A stretch of DNA of 64,000 nt from Squalus acanthias (Eukaryota): assembly GCA_030390025.1 (NCBI GenBank), contig CM059432.1, positions 126,916,001 through 126,980,000 on the forward strand, read 5' to 3'. Positions within the stretch are counted from its first letter, which is position 1, and each line of letters opens with the position of its first letter. Shown here piece by piece: positions 25,630-38,231 of the stretch. Position numbers and translations under genes: made by a program. Below the pieces are notes generated by a model. The model searched no databases and was not told the DNA's origin. It saw only the letters and a list, made by a program, of their open reading frames with translations.

Positions 25630-28600
25630 TCTTTATTTGTTTATGGGATGTGGGCGTCGCTGGCAAGGTCAGTATTTATTGCCCATCCCTAATTGCCTTT
25701 GAGAAGATGGTGGTGAGCCGCCTTCTTGAACCGCTGCAGTCCGTGTGGTGAAGGTACTCCTACAGTGCTGTTAGGGAGGGAGTTCCCAGGATTTTGACCC
25801 AGCGACGATGAAGGATCGGCGATATACTTCTAAGTCAGGATGGTGTGTGACTTGGAGGGGAACTTGGAGGTGGTGGTGTTCCCATGCGCCTGCTGCCCTT
25901 GTCCTTCTAGGTGGAAGAGGTCGCGGGTTTGGGAGGTGCTGCCGAAGAAGCCTTGGCGAGTTGCTGCAGTGCATCTTGTAGATGGTACACACTGCAGCCA
26001 TGGTACGCCGGTGGTGGAGGGAGTGAATGTTTAAGGTGGTGGATGGGGTGCCAATCAAGCTGGCTGCTTTGTCCTGGATAGTGTCGAGCTTCTTGAGTGT
26101 TGTTGGAGCTGCACTCATCCAGGCAAGTGGAGAGTATTCCATCACACTCCTTACTTGTGCCTTGTAGATGGTGGAAAGGCTTTGGGGAGTCAGGAGGTGA
26201 GACACTCGCCACAGAATACCTAGCCTCTGACCTGCTCTTGTTGCCACAGTATTTATGTGGCTGGTCCAGTTAAGTTTCTGGTCAATGGTGACCCCCAGGA
26301 TGTTGATGGTGGGGGATTCGGCGATGGTATTGCCGTTCAATGTCAAGGGGAGGTGGTTAGACTCTCGCTTGTTGGAGATAGTCATTGCCTGGCATTTCTG
26401 TGGCGCGAATGTTACCTGCCACTTCTCAGCCCAAGCCTGAACATTGTCAGGTCTTGTTGCATGCGGGCATGGACTGCTTCATTATCTGAGAAGTTGTGAA
26501 TGGCACTGAACACTGTGAAGTCATCAGCGAACATCCCCATTTCTGACCTTAGGTTGGAGGGAAGGTCATTGATGAAGCAGCTGAAGATGGTTGGGCCCAG
26601 GACACTGCCCTGAGGAACTCCTGCAGCTGTGATGATTGACCTTCAACCACCTTCCTTTGTGCTAGGTATGACTCCAGCCAGTGGAGAGTTTTCCCCCCGA
26701 TTCCCATTGACTTCAGTTTTACTAGGGCTCCTTGATGCCACACTCAGTCAAATGCTGCCTTGATATCAAGGGCAGTCACTCTCACCTCACCTCTGGAATT
26801 CAACTCCTTTGTCTATGTTTGGGCCAAAGCTGGAATGAGGTCGGGGGCTGAGTGGTCTTGGCGGAACCCAAACTGGGCATCAGTGAGCAGGTTATTAGTG
26901 AGTAAGTGCCTCTTTATAGCACTGTCGATGACACCTTCCATCACTTTGCTGATGATTGAGAGTAGACTGATGGGGCAGTAATTAGCTGGGTTGGATTTGT
27001 CCTGCTTTTTGTTGACAGGACATACCTGGGCAGTTTTTCACATTGTCGAATAGATGCCAGTGTTATAGCTGTACTGGAACAGCTTGGCTAGTTATGGAGC
27101 ACAAGTCTTCAGCACGATAGCCGGGATGTTGTCGGGGCCCATAGCCTTTGCTGTATCCAGTGCACTCTGCCGTTTCTTGATATCACGTTGAGTGAATCAA
27201 ATTGGCTGAAGACTGGCTTCTGTGATGGTGGGGACCTCAGGAGGAGGCCGATATGGATCATCCACTCGCCACTTCTGGCTGAAGATGGTTGCAAACGCTT
27301 CAACCTTGTCTTTTGCACTCACGTGCTGGGCTTCACCATCATTGAGGATGGGGATATTCATGGAGCCTCCTCCTCCCATTAGTTGTTTAATGGTCCACCA
27401 CCATTCACGACTGGATGTGGCAGACTGCAGAGCTTTGATCTGATCCGTTGATTGTGGGATCGCTTAGCCCTGTCTATAGCATGCTGCTTCCACTTTTTAG
27501 CATGCATGTAGTCCTGTGTTGCAGCTTCCCACCTCATTTTTAGGTATGCCTGGTGCTGCTCCTGACATGCTCTTCTACACTCCTCATTGAACCAGGGTTG
27601 GTCCCCTGTCTTGATGGTAATGGTAGCGTGAGGGATATGCCAGGCCATGAGGTTACAGATTGTGGTGGAATACAATTCTGCTGCTGCTGGCGCCTCATGG
27701 ATGCCAGGTTTTGAGCTGCTAGATCTGTTCTGAATCTATCCCATTTAGCACAGTGGTAGTGTCACACAACACGATGGAGGGTGACCTCAGTGTGAAGACG
27801 GGACTCCGTCTCCACAATGACTGTGCGGTTGTCACTACTACCAGTAATGTCATGGACAAATGCATCTGCGGCAGGTAGATTGGTGAGGACGAGGTCAAGT
27901 AGGTTTTTCCCCTCCTGTTGGTTCTCTCACCACCTGTCGCAGGCCCAGACTGGCAGCTATGTCCTTCAGGACTCGGCCAGCTCGGTCAGCAGTGGTGCTA
28001 CCGAGCCACTCTTGGTGATGGACACTGAAGTCCCCCACCCAGAGTACGTTCTGTGTCCTTGCTACCCTCAGTGCTTCTTCTAAGTGGTGTACTGATTCAT
28101 CAGCTGAGGGAGGGCAGTAGGTGGTAATCAGCAGGAGGTTTCCTTGCCCATGCTTAACCTGAAGCCATGATGCTCCGAGTCAATGTTGAGGAACCCAGGG
28201 CCACTCCTTCCCGACTGTATACCACTGTGCCCACCGGCAGGACAGACTCAGGGATGGTGATGGAGGAGTTTGACTATGTCACGCTTGACTGGTCTGTGGG
28301 ACAACTCTCTCACAAATCCCCAGATGTTGGTGAGGAGGACTTTGCAGGGTCAACTAGGCTGGGTGTGCCGTTGCCTGTCCGTAGCCGGTGCCGAGGTCGA
28401 CGCCAGGTGGTCCATCCAATTTCATTCTTATTATTGTGTTTCATCGTGGCTTGCTAGGCCATTTCAGAGAGCAGTTAAGAGTCAACCACATTGCTGTGGG
28501 TCGGGAGTCATATATAGGCCAGACCAGGTAAGGACAGCAGAGTTCTTTCCCGAAAGGACATTAGTGAACCAGATGGGTTTTTACAACAATCCGATAGTTT

Positions 28601-28740
28601 CCTGTTTACCATTACTGATACTAGCTTTTTATTTAAATTCCCCAGCTGCCGTGGTGGGATTTAAACTCAGGTCTCATGGATCATTAGTCCAGGCCTCTGG
28701 ATTACTAGTCCAGTGACATTACCACTACGCTACCGTTCCC
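25630..28740 (-). mobile_element. Single-ORF EN-RT non-LTR retrotransposon (RTE-X-like, clade tentative), full length with tRNA-derived 5' head; ORF disrupted
   Basis: ILGVTIDQKLNW, YKAQVRSVMEYSPLAW, QPWFN; A-box tagcgtagtgg and B-box-like gagtttaaatcc at 28740-28655. Confidence 0.85.
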
Positions 28741-29744
28741 TGTGGACTAAAGATAATTTCTGATGAAGTGGGTGGAGGGTGGGGGGGGGGGGGGGGGCGG
28801 GGAGGAGGGGGAGAGGGAGGTTAATCCTGACTAAAAAGATCACTTGCCTCCATGAATCTTTGGACTTCCCTTCTCCCACCCCTCCCCGCCAAGATCCCGA
28901 CAAGGTCCAGGGAGGGTCCCATCACAAGCCCCTTTACTGGGTTTCTTCAGGCACCCCTCTGTTTGGGTGCCCAGTGGTCAGATGAAGAGGAAACTCAGGT
29001 CAGAAACCCTCCTCCCATTTCAGCTGCATGCTTCTGCTGGGCCTGCGCCTACTATCAGCACAGGCCCAGTGACCTTGTTTTAGGGATACCAAGGAAATCC
29101 CAGGGCAGCATTGTGAGAGTAGAGACCAAACCCAATGCATGACCATCCCATGTCCTCTTTGCTGTCCCTGGGAACTGAGTAAAGATACATTCCGTTTCAG
29201 AAAGACAAGTGATTAACCTCTATATTTATACAGCTAATATTGTACATAAGACCATAAAAATGTTAGGAACAGGAGAAGGCCATTTGGCCCAAATAATGAC
29301 AAATTAGCAGCACCTATCCTGTTCTCACCATATCCCTTAATCCCTTCTTTTGTAGAAAGATGTCCAACTTGAACTCATTTATACAGTCTGTTTCAGTGGT
29401 CCCGCCTGGTAACTTACTTCAGAACTTTGGGTAAAAAAAGTTATGCCTGACTTCTCTTCTTCCTCCTAACTTCCTAGTTCTTTTACTTCTAATCCCTGGT
29501 ATTTGACTAATATTTCTGGGTAGTTTGGTGGCACCCATAGCCAGGAGTCTGTTCCTCCTGCCTTCAATCCGCGAAAGGAAGGCTTGGAGGTCTGAATGAG
29601 TGAGGTTCTGTATTCTTCTTCTCTGTCTCGGTGCCATACCCTGCTGCCTTCTTGGTGCTAATGCTGCCGATGCTGTCATACTTCTTGAAAAGTATAATAA
29701 AAAATATTGCTAAGGCATGCAGTGAAGTTAGCCGAGAGATTTTT

Positions 29745-30050
29745 TATTCATTCATGGGATGTGGGCGTCGCTGGCAAGGCCGGCATTTATTGCCCATCCC
29801 TAGTTGCCCTCGAGAAGGGGGTGGTGAGCCGCCTTCTTGAATCGCTGCAGTCCGTGTGGTGAAGGTACTCCCACAGTGCTGTTAGGGAGGGAGTTCCAGG
29901 ATTTTGACCCAGCGACGATGAAGGAACGGCCGATATATTTTCAAGTCAGGATGGTGTGTGACTTGGAGGGGAACTTGGAGGTGGTGGTGTTCCCATGCGC
30001 CTGCTGCCCTTGCCCTTCCAGGTGGAAGAGGTCGTGGGTTTGGGAGGTGA
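29745..30050 (-). mobile_element. Short 3' fragment of the same EN-RT LINE family
   Basis: Closely matches 25640-25940. Confidence 0.85.
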
Positions 30051-30675
30051 AGTGTGAGAGCCATGCTCTGTTGATTTTTCTTACCAGGTGTCCCCGAGTC
30101 TGCTGCTAAAATGTGCAGGCTGAACAGTGTTTTTAAAGCTTGCACGTGAGTTTCCTTGTAATTCAGCTACTGACACCTTTTCAGCACAGGTTTTACGCCA
30201 ATATCAATTCCAATGGGTATGCAAATGAGCAGACCCTGGAAACCTGTGTATAATTCCTTAAACAGGCCACTGGCACAAAACGTTTTTAACAGGTGCAACA
30301 GCGGTGTAACGGCTTCAACACCATTCATCCCCTTCAGATTTGATATCGACCAATACCGGCTGTTTTGAAATCTCCGGGGCCCTATGTTCAGACCATTGTG
30401 TTTAATGACAGCTCATCATTAACTGTGCTCAGTTACCACTAAGTTGCTTACACCCAATCTTTTAATTTGCGACTTCTCAATTCACCACGGTTGACTAGTC
30501 GAGTCGTCTGCTGGGAAGTAAACTGAAAATATTCAAATGCACTGCCCTGACAATTGGAAACGAAGAGGCTGACATTTACAAATGAACGTGGCGTAAGTAC
30601 TCTGGCAGGAAAAGGCAACACTCTGCATTACATCCGAATGAAACTGAATTGTAAATATTAGTGAAGCAACACGCT

Positions 30676-30786
30676 GGGGGTGAAATTGATCTTCGGCGGT
30701 AGCACAAAATGGGCGATCACGAATCGGCAGCCCGTTTTACACCCCAACGATTTTCATTTCCATTGAAGTCAACACCAATTTCGGCC
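30676..30786. mobile_element. About 110-bp Harbinger-type MITE
   Basis: gggggtgaaattg ... caatttcggcc. Confidence 0.5.
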
Positions 30787-31246
30787 TCACAGTGTTTTAA
30801 CAGTAGCTTTATATTGCCATTTTTGTTTAGGACAGGGTTAAATAGAGGTGCTGCGAGGACAGATGAAAATAGTCTGGAGTTTGGCTTCATAACCTTTGGG
30901 GATCAGTGAGTATTTATACAGAACTTTGACTCAGGAACTTAACTCAGTGCGACCACGTTAGAGCAGGTTGTGAAAGGAACAGGCTGGATCAGTGAAGAAT
31001 CTCTTTCCTTACCCATGCATATTTATGTCCTTAGCCTGAGGCTCTTAATCACAGGACCATGCTACTAAAAAGATCAGGCTGCTATCACACTGTTGCTAAT
31101 ATGTGGGTGTTACTTTTTTGGACTTTTGCCTCAGATGCTTTCCTCGTTTTCAGTACCAAAACCCACTCCCGTAAGTGAGCCCTCAGTCCCTACAAACCAG
31201 AGACTACCTTTATACACCCATTATATGGGTACTTGTAGCAAAATTG

Positions 31247-31910
31247 AGAGGTCGCACAACACCAGGTTATAGTCCAACAGTTTTATTTGAAATCACAAGC
31301 TTTCGGAGCTATCGATTTGCTCCTTCCTCAGGTGAAGTAAATTAGATACAGAATCTCCAAAGCATATATAGATGGAAAACAGAGCATGTGTACTTTACAA
31401 TTGCAGACCAATAAATTAAATCATCCTGACTATCTGCCGAGGTGTGATAAAGTTAATTAAGTCAGCCAGGAAGGTACCACATCAAAGACATAGCAAGATA
31501 CAACTGAGACAATGAGGTGTAGTCGCAGGGGTTCTAACGTGTCAAAAGCTGCCGTCTGTATGTAAAACGAAAAGCTTTAACATTTTTTTACTTTTTTACT
31601 GGGAAAATTTTTACTTTTTTACTGGGAATCACATCTGTGAACAAGCTAACGACGACTCGAGTCCGGATCACGTCATGTATCGTGACATAAACCCAAGATC
31701 CCGATTGAGACCGTCTTCATGAGTGCGGAACTTGGCTATCAGTTTCTGCTCGATGATTTTGCATTGTCGTGTGTTTCTAAGGTTGCCTTGGAGAACGCTT
31801 ACCCGCAGATCCGAGGCTGAATGTCCTTGACTGCTGAAGTGTTCCCCGACTGGGAGGTAACAAGCCTGCCTGGCGATTGTTGCGCGGTGCTCGTTCATAC
31901 GTTGTCTCAG
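31247..31910 (-). mobile_element. Penelope-like element 3' fragment: GIY-YIG C-terminus plus pLTR
   Basis: ORF 31668-31898 MNEHR...PVGEHF...EQKLI..F.T...GLNRD; pLTR matches 62439-62690. Confidence 0.88.
31293..31334 (-). ncRNA. Hammerhead ribozyme motif (minimal type I, PLE-type)
   Basis: tcac-CTGAGGA-a-ggagc(aaatcgata)gctcc-GAAA-gctt-gtga. Confidence 0.7.
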
Positions 31911-32229
31911 TGTAGCAAGCCCAAGAGCCAGGCAAAAACCCTTCTCTCTGCTTATGGTTTACTCAATACATCAAATGGCCATACGTGATCTACTTGACTT
32001 CAGAAAGTGATACACACTCTAGCAGATCATGACTTAGACTAAAAACTACAGAACAAATGTATTAGCCATAAATAGGTCAGAAAACAGTAGTAAGGATGAA
32101 CAGCAAACTTACAGTAAAATACAGAACCTAACGATTCATCCTGAGAACATAACAAAATGTTTAATTTCTTGCACTAAAACGCACCATTAATTGGACTTGA
32201 AAAAAGGTCCTTGACTATAACTTTACAAT

Positions 32230-32903
32230 GGCCCGGATTTTGCAGTGTCGATGACGGCATATGCTGTGTTGTAAGCCTTGTAAAAGGCCCCACAAGTTCC
32301 GGGTTTCTGCATACGCTGCGCACGCGCGGAAACCCGGAACTTGCGACCTGTCAAAGTTCGCCTTGACAGATCTACCGCACCGACTCAAACATCACTTTTG
32401 CTGGCGCAGTACTGCCCAGCAAATGCCCACGAAACCCTTACGCTTGGTAAAATTGCGCTTTCACCAGCGTAAGGGTTAATATAAGCCTTAAATAAAAAAT
32501 CATGCGCAAACATTTAAAATTAGTTTATGTAAATTTTGGCCCGGATTAAAATATTTAAAATCATTTTTCAAAAAATTATATTTTTATTGTAAATGCTTTA
32601 TTGAAGGGACTTTTAATTAAATTTGAAAATAGGAAGCTATTTTTATACCAGTTGTATAAATTATTTAATTATTTGGGGATTCCTCATATCCGTTCGTAAA
32701 TGGAATTCCCATAAGTATATTAGGAATCCTCCTTTCTGATTGGAGACCTGGCCCACGTGATCCCAGGGACGCTTCCGAACCGCCTGCGTCCCTGGGCCTT
32801 TGCGCAGGTGTACGCCTGCAGGCCCAGGACCCGAAGTCTCCGAAGCCCGGGAGCCAGCAGATAGGTGCAGAATTTTTTATCGGGTCGGAGGCGAATTCCG
32901 GCC
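32230..32903. mobile_element. Harbinger-type MITE
   Basis: ggcccggattttgc / gcgaattccggcc; related to 35099-35835; TSD not preserved. Confidence 0.7.
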
Positions 32904-33368
32904 GTTTGTGATTCAACTGCTAAGTTTCACAAAGTCTCCCGCCTCACTCTTTCTGTTGGCTTCATAAGGACTGTTGAATTGGGGTAAGTCTGTCTGAGAT
33001 ATATTTTCTAACTCAGTCCCACTGGAAACAAAGAAAATCAATACTTATCTCTGCTGATTGCATCAGGATATCAAAATCCACAGGATACCACAGATAATGG
33101 AGCTGAGTTTCCCAGAAATTGTCTTTAGCAAGCTGTTAAGTTAAATTGTCTTGAGCAGCGAGAGATCAGGATTTGGACCAGAGGGGAAAAGCCAGGAGAA
33201 TAGGAACGTGGACAAAAAAAGACCAAGGTCCCTCTAGTTCACCTTCTACCATCCTGGTAGTCGCCTGATACAACGATAATGGAGTTGTTGACTAATCATG
33301 GCAATCAATCTGTGTCGATTAGTCTACAACACACCCAGACATGAGACGTGGAAAGCTTTGGAAACCAT

Positions 33369-34929
33369 GGCCTGCATTTTAATGGGGAAGGCAGGTTGGG
33401 AGTGGGGGAGGCTCCGAACCGGTCAGGAACCTGGGAGAACGGGTTTCCCACAGACCCTGCCGAATTTAACAGCAGGGCCTGATTTGCATGGGAAACCTTT
33501 GTTTCCCACCTGCAGCCAGCCAGATTGAGAGGCTGGCTGGCTGCGGTGGGTAGGCCTGTGGCACTAGGCCGCAGAGAGGAGGGAGGGAGGGATCGCCTGG
33601 GGGCCGGGGGGCGGTCGGAGGAGCAGAGGGAGGGGGTCAGAAATGATTGGGGATGGGAGCAGCATGGGGGGGAGGATCGGGGGCTAGGAGCAGCACGGGA
33701 GGTGGGTGGGGAGGATTGGGGGCTGGGAATAGCACGGGGGCTGGCGGGGGAGGTGGTCAAGTGAGGATCGGGGGCTGGGTGCAGCACAGGGGGGGGTGGG
33801 GTGGTCAGGTGAGGATCGGGGGTTGGGTGCAGCACAGGGGGCGGGGGAGTGGGGGGTTGGTCAGGTGAGGATCGGGGGCCAGGAGCAGCACGGGGGGAGT
33901 GGGGGGGTTGGTCGGGTGAGGATCGGGGGCTGGGTGCAGCACGGGGGGAGTGGGGGATTGGTCAGGTGAGGATCGGGGGCCAGGAGCAGCACGGGGGGAG
34001 TGGGGGGGTTGGTCGGGTGAGGATCGGGGGCTGGGTGCAGCACGGGGGGAGTGGGGGGTTGGTCGGGTGAGGATCGGGGGCTGGGTGCAGCACGGGGGAG
34101 TGGGGGGTTGGTCAGGTGAGGATCGGGGGCTGGGTGCAGCACGGGGGAGTGGGGGGTTGGTCGGGTGAGGATCAGGGGCTGGGTGCAGCACGGTGGGGGG
34201 AGTGGGGGGTTGGTCAGGTGAGGATCAGGGGCTGGGTGCAGCACGGGGGAGTGGGGGGTTGGTCAGGTGAGGATCAGGGGCTGGGTGCAGCACGGTGGGG
34301 GGAGTGGGGGGTTGGTCAGGTGAGGATCAGGGGCTGGGTACAGCACGGGGTGGGGGGCGGTCGGATGAGGATCGGGGGCCAGGAGCAGCATGGGGTCGGG
34401 GGGGGGGAATGCCTCATGGGGTGAATCGGAGGCCTGGGATGGAGTGTGATCTGTGGCCGGGGGAGGGGTGAAATCGGAGCCCTTGTTGGGGGGAGGCTGC
34501 GTGGAGGGGATTGGAGACCTGGGAGTGTGGAATCAGAGGCCTTGTGGGGGGTCTACGATCGCGGGGGCTGGGTTAGGTAGGGACGCTGGATCAAGGAGGT
34601 AAGTGTAAAGTGTAAAGTGTACCTCCTGGATCCGGCAGTCCTCGCCTTACTTTAGCTGGCGGGTTTCACGAGGTCTGCAAAACCCGACCAGCTGAAGTTA
34701 AATTCAAAATGGAGGTTAAATCAGAGGCTTCCGGCGTCATTATAATATTTAAATAGACAGCCCGCCTCCTGGTCACAGGTTGGCTGCCCCCCCCCGCCCC
34801 CCGGTCCTGCCTCTGTTAAATCGGGAACTGGGCGGGTTGGAGGCGGGTTCTGGTCGTGATTCAGATTTTTAACACTTTAACTTCCCACATGACCCCAACC
34901 CAACCGTTCTTTTAGGTTAAAATTGCCCC
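33369..34929. mobile_element. Harbinger-type non-autonomous element with internal G-rich minisatellite
   Basis: ggcctgcattttaa / ttaaaattgcccc; cat on both sides; GGCGGG subterminal motifs. Confidence 0.65.
33650..34400. repeat. G-rich minisatellite, ~49-53-bp unit
   Basis: Repeats of gtgaggatcgggggctgggtgcagcacggggggagtggggggttggtc(a/g)g. Confidence 0.95.
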
Positions 34930-35098
34930 CATAGGTCCAAAGTCTCCATTTTCTTTCCAAGCATGCTACATTCACCACTTGTGATGTCTGAAATTACTCA
35001 TATACTGTATCCCAAAAAGTTATTTTCTGATTGTGGTGTTTAGCCGCACCAGGAGTGATTGAAACATGAGTCGTGCATTTTAAAAAATAGGTTAGATT

Positions 35099-35835
35099 TG
35101 CCCTGAAATTGCGGTCTCCCTGATCCATCTGAAAGGCCCTGTAACTTCCGGGTTTCCGCATGTGTTTACGCATGCTCGAAATCCGGAACTTGCAATCTGT
35201 TAATGTACACCTGGACAGATCATCCGAAATGCATGGAAAGTCGATATCGCTGGCGCAGAGTTGGGCTATTCACCCAACAACCGCCCCGTCCACGCAACTC
35301 TTACGGCTGGTAAAAGCAGGCTTAGGGCCTGCTTTCATCAGTGTAAGGGTATATATAAGCCTTAAATTAAACATTTAAAAATCAAAAATTATGCACATAC
35401 ACTTTGAATTCGTTTATGCAAATACTGGCCCGGATTAAGATGTTTAAAATTATTTAGCAAAAAATTAAATTTTTATTGCGATTGGTGCAATGAAGGGACT
35501 TATGAATAAAATTGAATTTCAGTACATTTATATTTATTAGAATTCTGAACATTTTATAATTATTTGGGGATTCCATTGCATGTCATTAGGGGATTCCCTT
35601 CGGAAATAATTGCAATTGAATCCTCCTTTGTGATTGGAGGACCTGGCCCACGTGATCCCAGGTACGCTTCCGAACCGCCTGCGTCCCTGGGATCCGTGAG
35701 CCTTTACGCAGGCGTATGACTGGAGGTCTGAGACCGCAACTCTCTGTAACCAGGACGCCTGGAGGTAGGTTGGGATTTGGTTCGCGGGTCGGAGGCGTAC
35801 TCCGCAGGTACGCCTCTGACCGCAATTTCTACCCC
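35099..35835. mobile_element. Harbinger-type MITE
   Basis: gccctgaaattgcggtc / gaccgcaatttctacccc; homologous to 32230-32903. Confidence 0.7.
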
Positions 35836-36903
35836 AAAGTATTTTGACTTCAATTTATTTCATTTTAGTTGTTGAATACTAGGAACTGTTTAAACATATT
35901 TATTTTGTCTTTTACCTGGGAGCTGGTTTCAGCTGGTAATTGATTACATAAGTGGTGTGATTAGCTGTTCTGTTATTATTTTTCCTGTGACAGTTGCACT
36001 ATTATGTAAGTTAAGACAGTATAACTTGAGCTTACCGGTGAGTAATTAGTCTTGAGCAGTGAGAAACCAGAGATGCGCAAAATGCCAGGAGCGTGTGTAG
36101 TTTAGCCCCAGGGGAATGATTAAATCAACGCTGTCCAATAGGTCTAAATCGTTCTGACAATTTCTTATATTGGAATATCAATATATTTAAGACAAGAAAT
36201 GGGTTAACTCCATTGTAGATATCATATTAGTCTATGAATTTATAAATAAGGCCATTTTCTATCACATTTCTGAGATTCCTATTTAATTATTTGCAAGCTA
36301 TCCAGACATTGCCTTCATATGAAAAAATGTGAACTAATCAACTAGATTTGATAAAAATGCAATAAATCAATGAGCTAAAAAAACAAGGGCCTAGAAATTT
36401 GGTTGCGTAGCACCCGTTGTTTAGGTGCTACGGGTGCTGAATTGGGACCAAAGTGGTGTCCGAGTAGCACACGCACACTTCTGGTGCGGGCCGCGCCAGA
36501 CGCCATCTTGGTGAGGGCGGTAGGGCGACTGTTAGGAGCGTGCACTACAAGTATGGTAAGTAGGCAGATCAGTGTGCTATCAATCAGCGTGCAACGCTGA
36601 TTTGATGCCAATGCTGCCATTTTCGTCCTCATCGCTGGAGCTAACGCCCTCTCTTAACCTCGCACAGCTGAACATGTATTCAGCAGCAGGAAGGATCCCC
36701 CCACCCACGCTATTTAAAGGGATAATCAGCGTCTTTCCGGTAACTTGCCTTTTGATTTCTACTGGCTCTGTGTAAGTTTGTGGAACTGTTTGGAGCTTTC
36801 TAGAGTTGTTTGAAGTTGGTGAGGTGACAGGGAGTGGTGCTGCAAGTGGAGAAGGCCTTGCTTCTGACTTCAAGGGTTCTGGTCAGATCACTTGCTCCCA
36901 GTC

Positions 36904-37914
36904 ATGGGTGCTCTAGTTGTCATCCCCCTTGGCCTGCAGCATGACAGGGAGATGGAGCCGAGGCAGCAAAGAAGAGGACAAGCTGGTCGCAGAGGGAGGA
37001 AGAGGAGGAGGGGGTGAAGGGCTCTCACCAGGAGGCCTTACCCACCTAAGGTCTTCTGAGAGCAATTCTCTTACCTCATCCTGAGCCAGGAGCAGTGTGT
37101 GAGGCATCTGCGCTTTACGAAGGAGGTGCTCACAGAACTCTGCCACCTTTTGCAATTAGATCTGCAGCCTCACTCCAGGGCAAGGACAGCACTGCCAATG
37201 GCTGTGAAGGTGACCGTGGTCCTGAATTTCCTCGCATTGGGATCCTTCAACATCTGTAACATCTCACAGTTCGCCGTCTACTGCGAGGTGACAGATGCTC
37301 TTTATGACAGGAGAGGAGTGTTCATTGTCTTCTCTCTGGCCAGAGAGAAGCAGGCGGAGTGTGCACGTGGCTTTGTCAGGATAGCGGACTTCTCAATGGT
37401 GCACTGTGCCATTAACTGCACGCACGTGGCTTTGCAGGCACCGCATCTAAATGCTGAGATGTACCGCAAAGGTTACCACTCGCTGAATATGTAGTTAGTG
37501 AGTGACCACGCTCAGCACATCATGATGGTGAATGCCCAGCATTCTGGTAGCAGTCATGATGCTTTTATTCTGCGCCAGTCCACTGTTCCCTCAGTCTTTG
37601 AGCCATCAAAACAAACCAGAGGGCAGCTACTGGGCTACTAGGGCTATCCCTTGACCATCTGGCCCATGACACCGCTCTGCAGCCCAATCACACGTGGCCA
37701 GCATGCATACAATGTTGCCACAGAAAACATCATAGAGCAGACCACTGGGGTGCTCAAGCAATGGTACCGCTGCCTGGACCACTCTGGAGGAGCCCTGCAG
37801 TACTCAGCGGAGCGTGTGTCCCGATTCCTGGTGGTCTGCTGTATCCTCCACAACCTGGCCATCATGAGGGCACAGCCCTTGCTACCAGGGATACGGACAC
37901 CAGCTCAGGAGCAG

Positions 37915-37949
<35 letters not shown>

Positions 37950-38067
37950 GGTGTTAGAGGAGGAAGCAGAAGAGAAAGAGGAGGAAGTGGAAGGAAGGAG
38001 GCAACCCAGACAGCCCCTTTCTGGCTGGGATATCCGGGAGCAAATCATCCACCTGCGGTACAATTGA
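36904..38067 (+). pseudogene. Harbinger DDE transposase with deletions and stops; poly-Glu tail
   Basis: [42 protein letters not shown]. Confidence 0.9.
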
Positions 38068-38231
38068 ACGCAACCCCGATTCCCCATTTAACATTTGTCC
38101 CACACCTTGCCTCTGTTACTGACCATCACAGCATCATCTTGGCCACAATGCTGAAATAAAAGCCACCACAAAGCAAACATTCCAATCAAACGTTATCCAT
38201 CAATCCATCCAATATTACATAAAAAAATCAA

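Noticed and set aside
28655..28740. tRNA gene
   Set aside because: A/B boxes are present but I see no complete cloverleaf; it is the head of a retroelement.
33305..34424. Pro-rich and Gly-rich ORFs
   Set aside because: Translations of the G-rich minisatellite.
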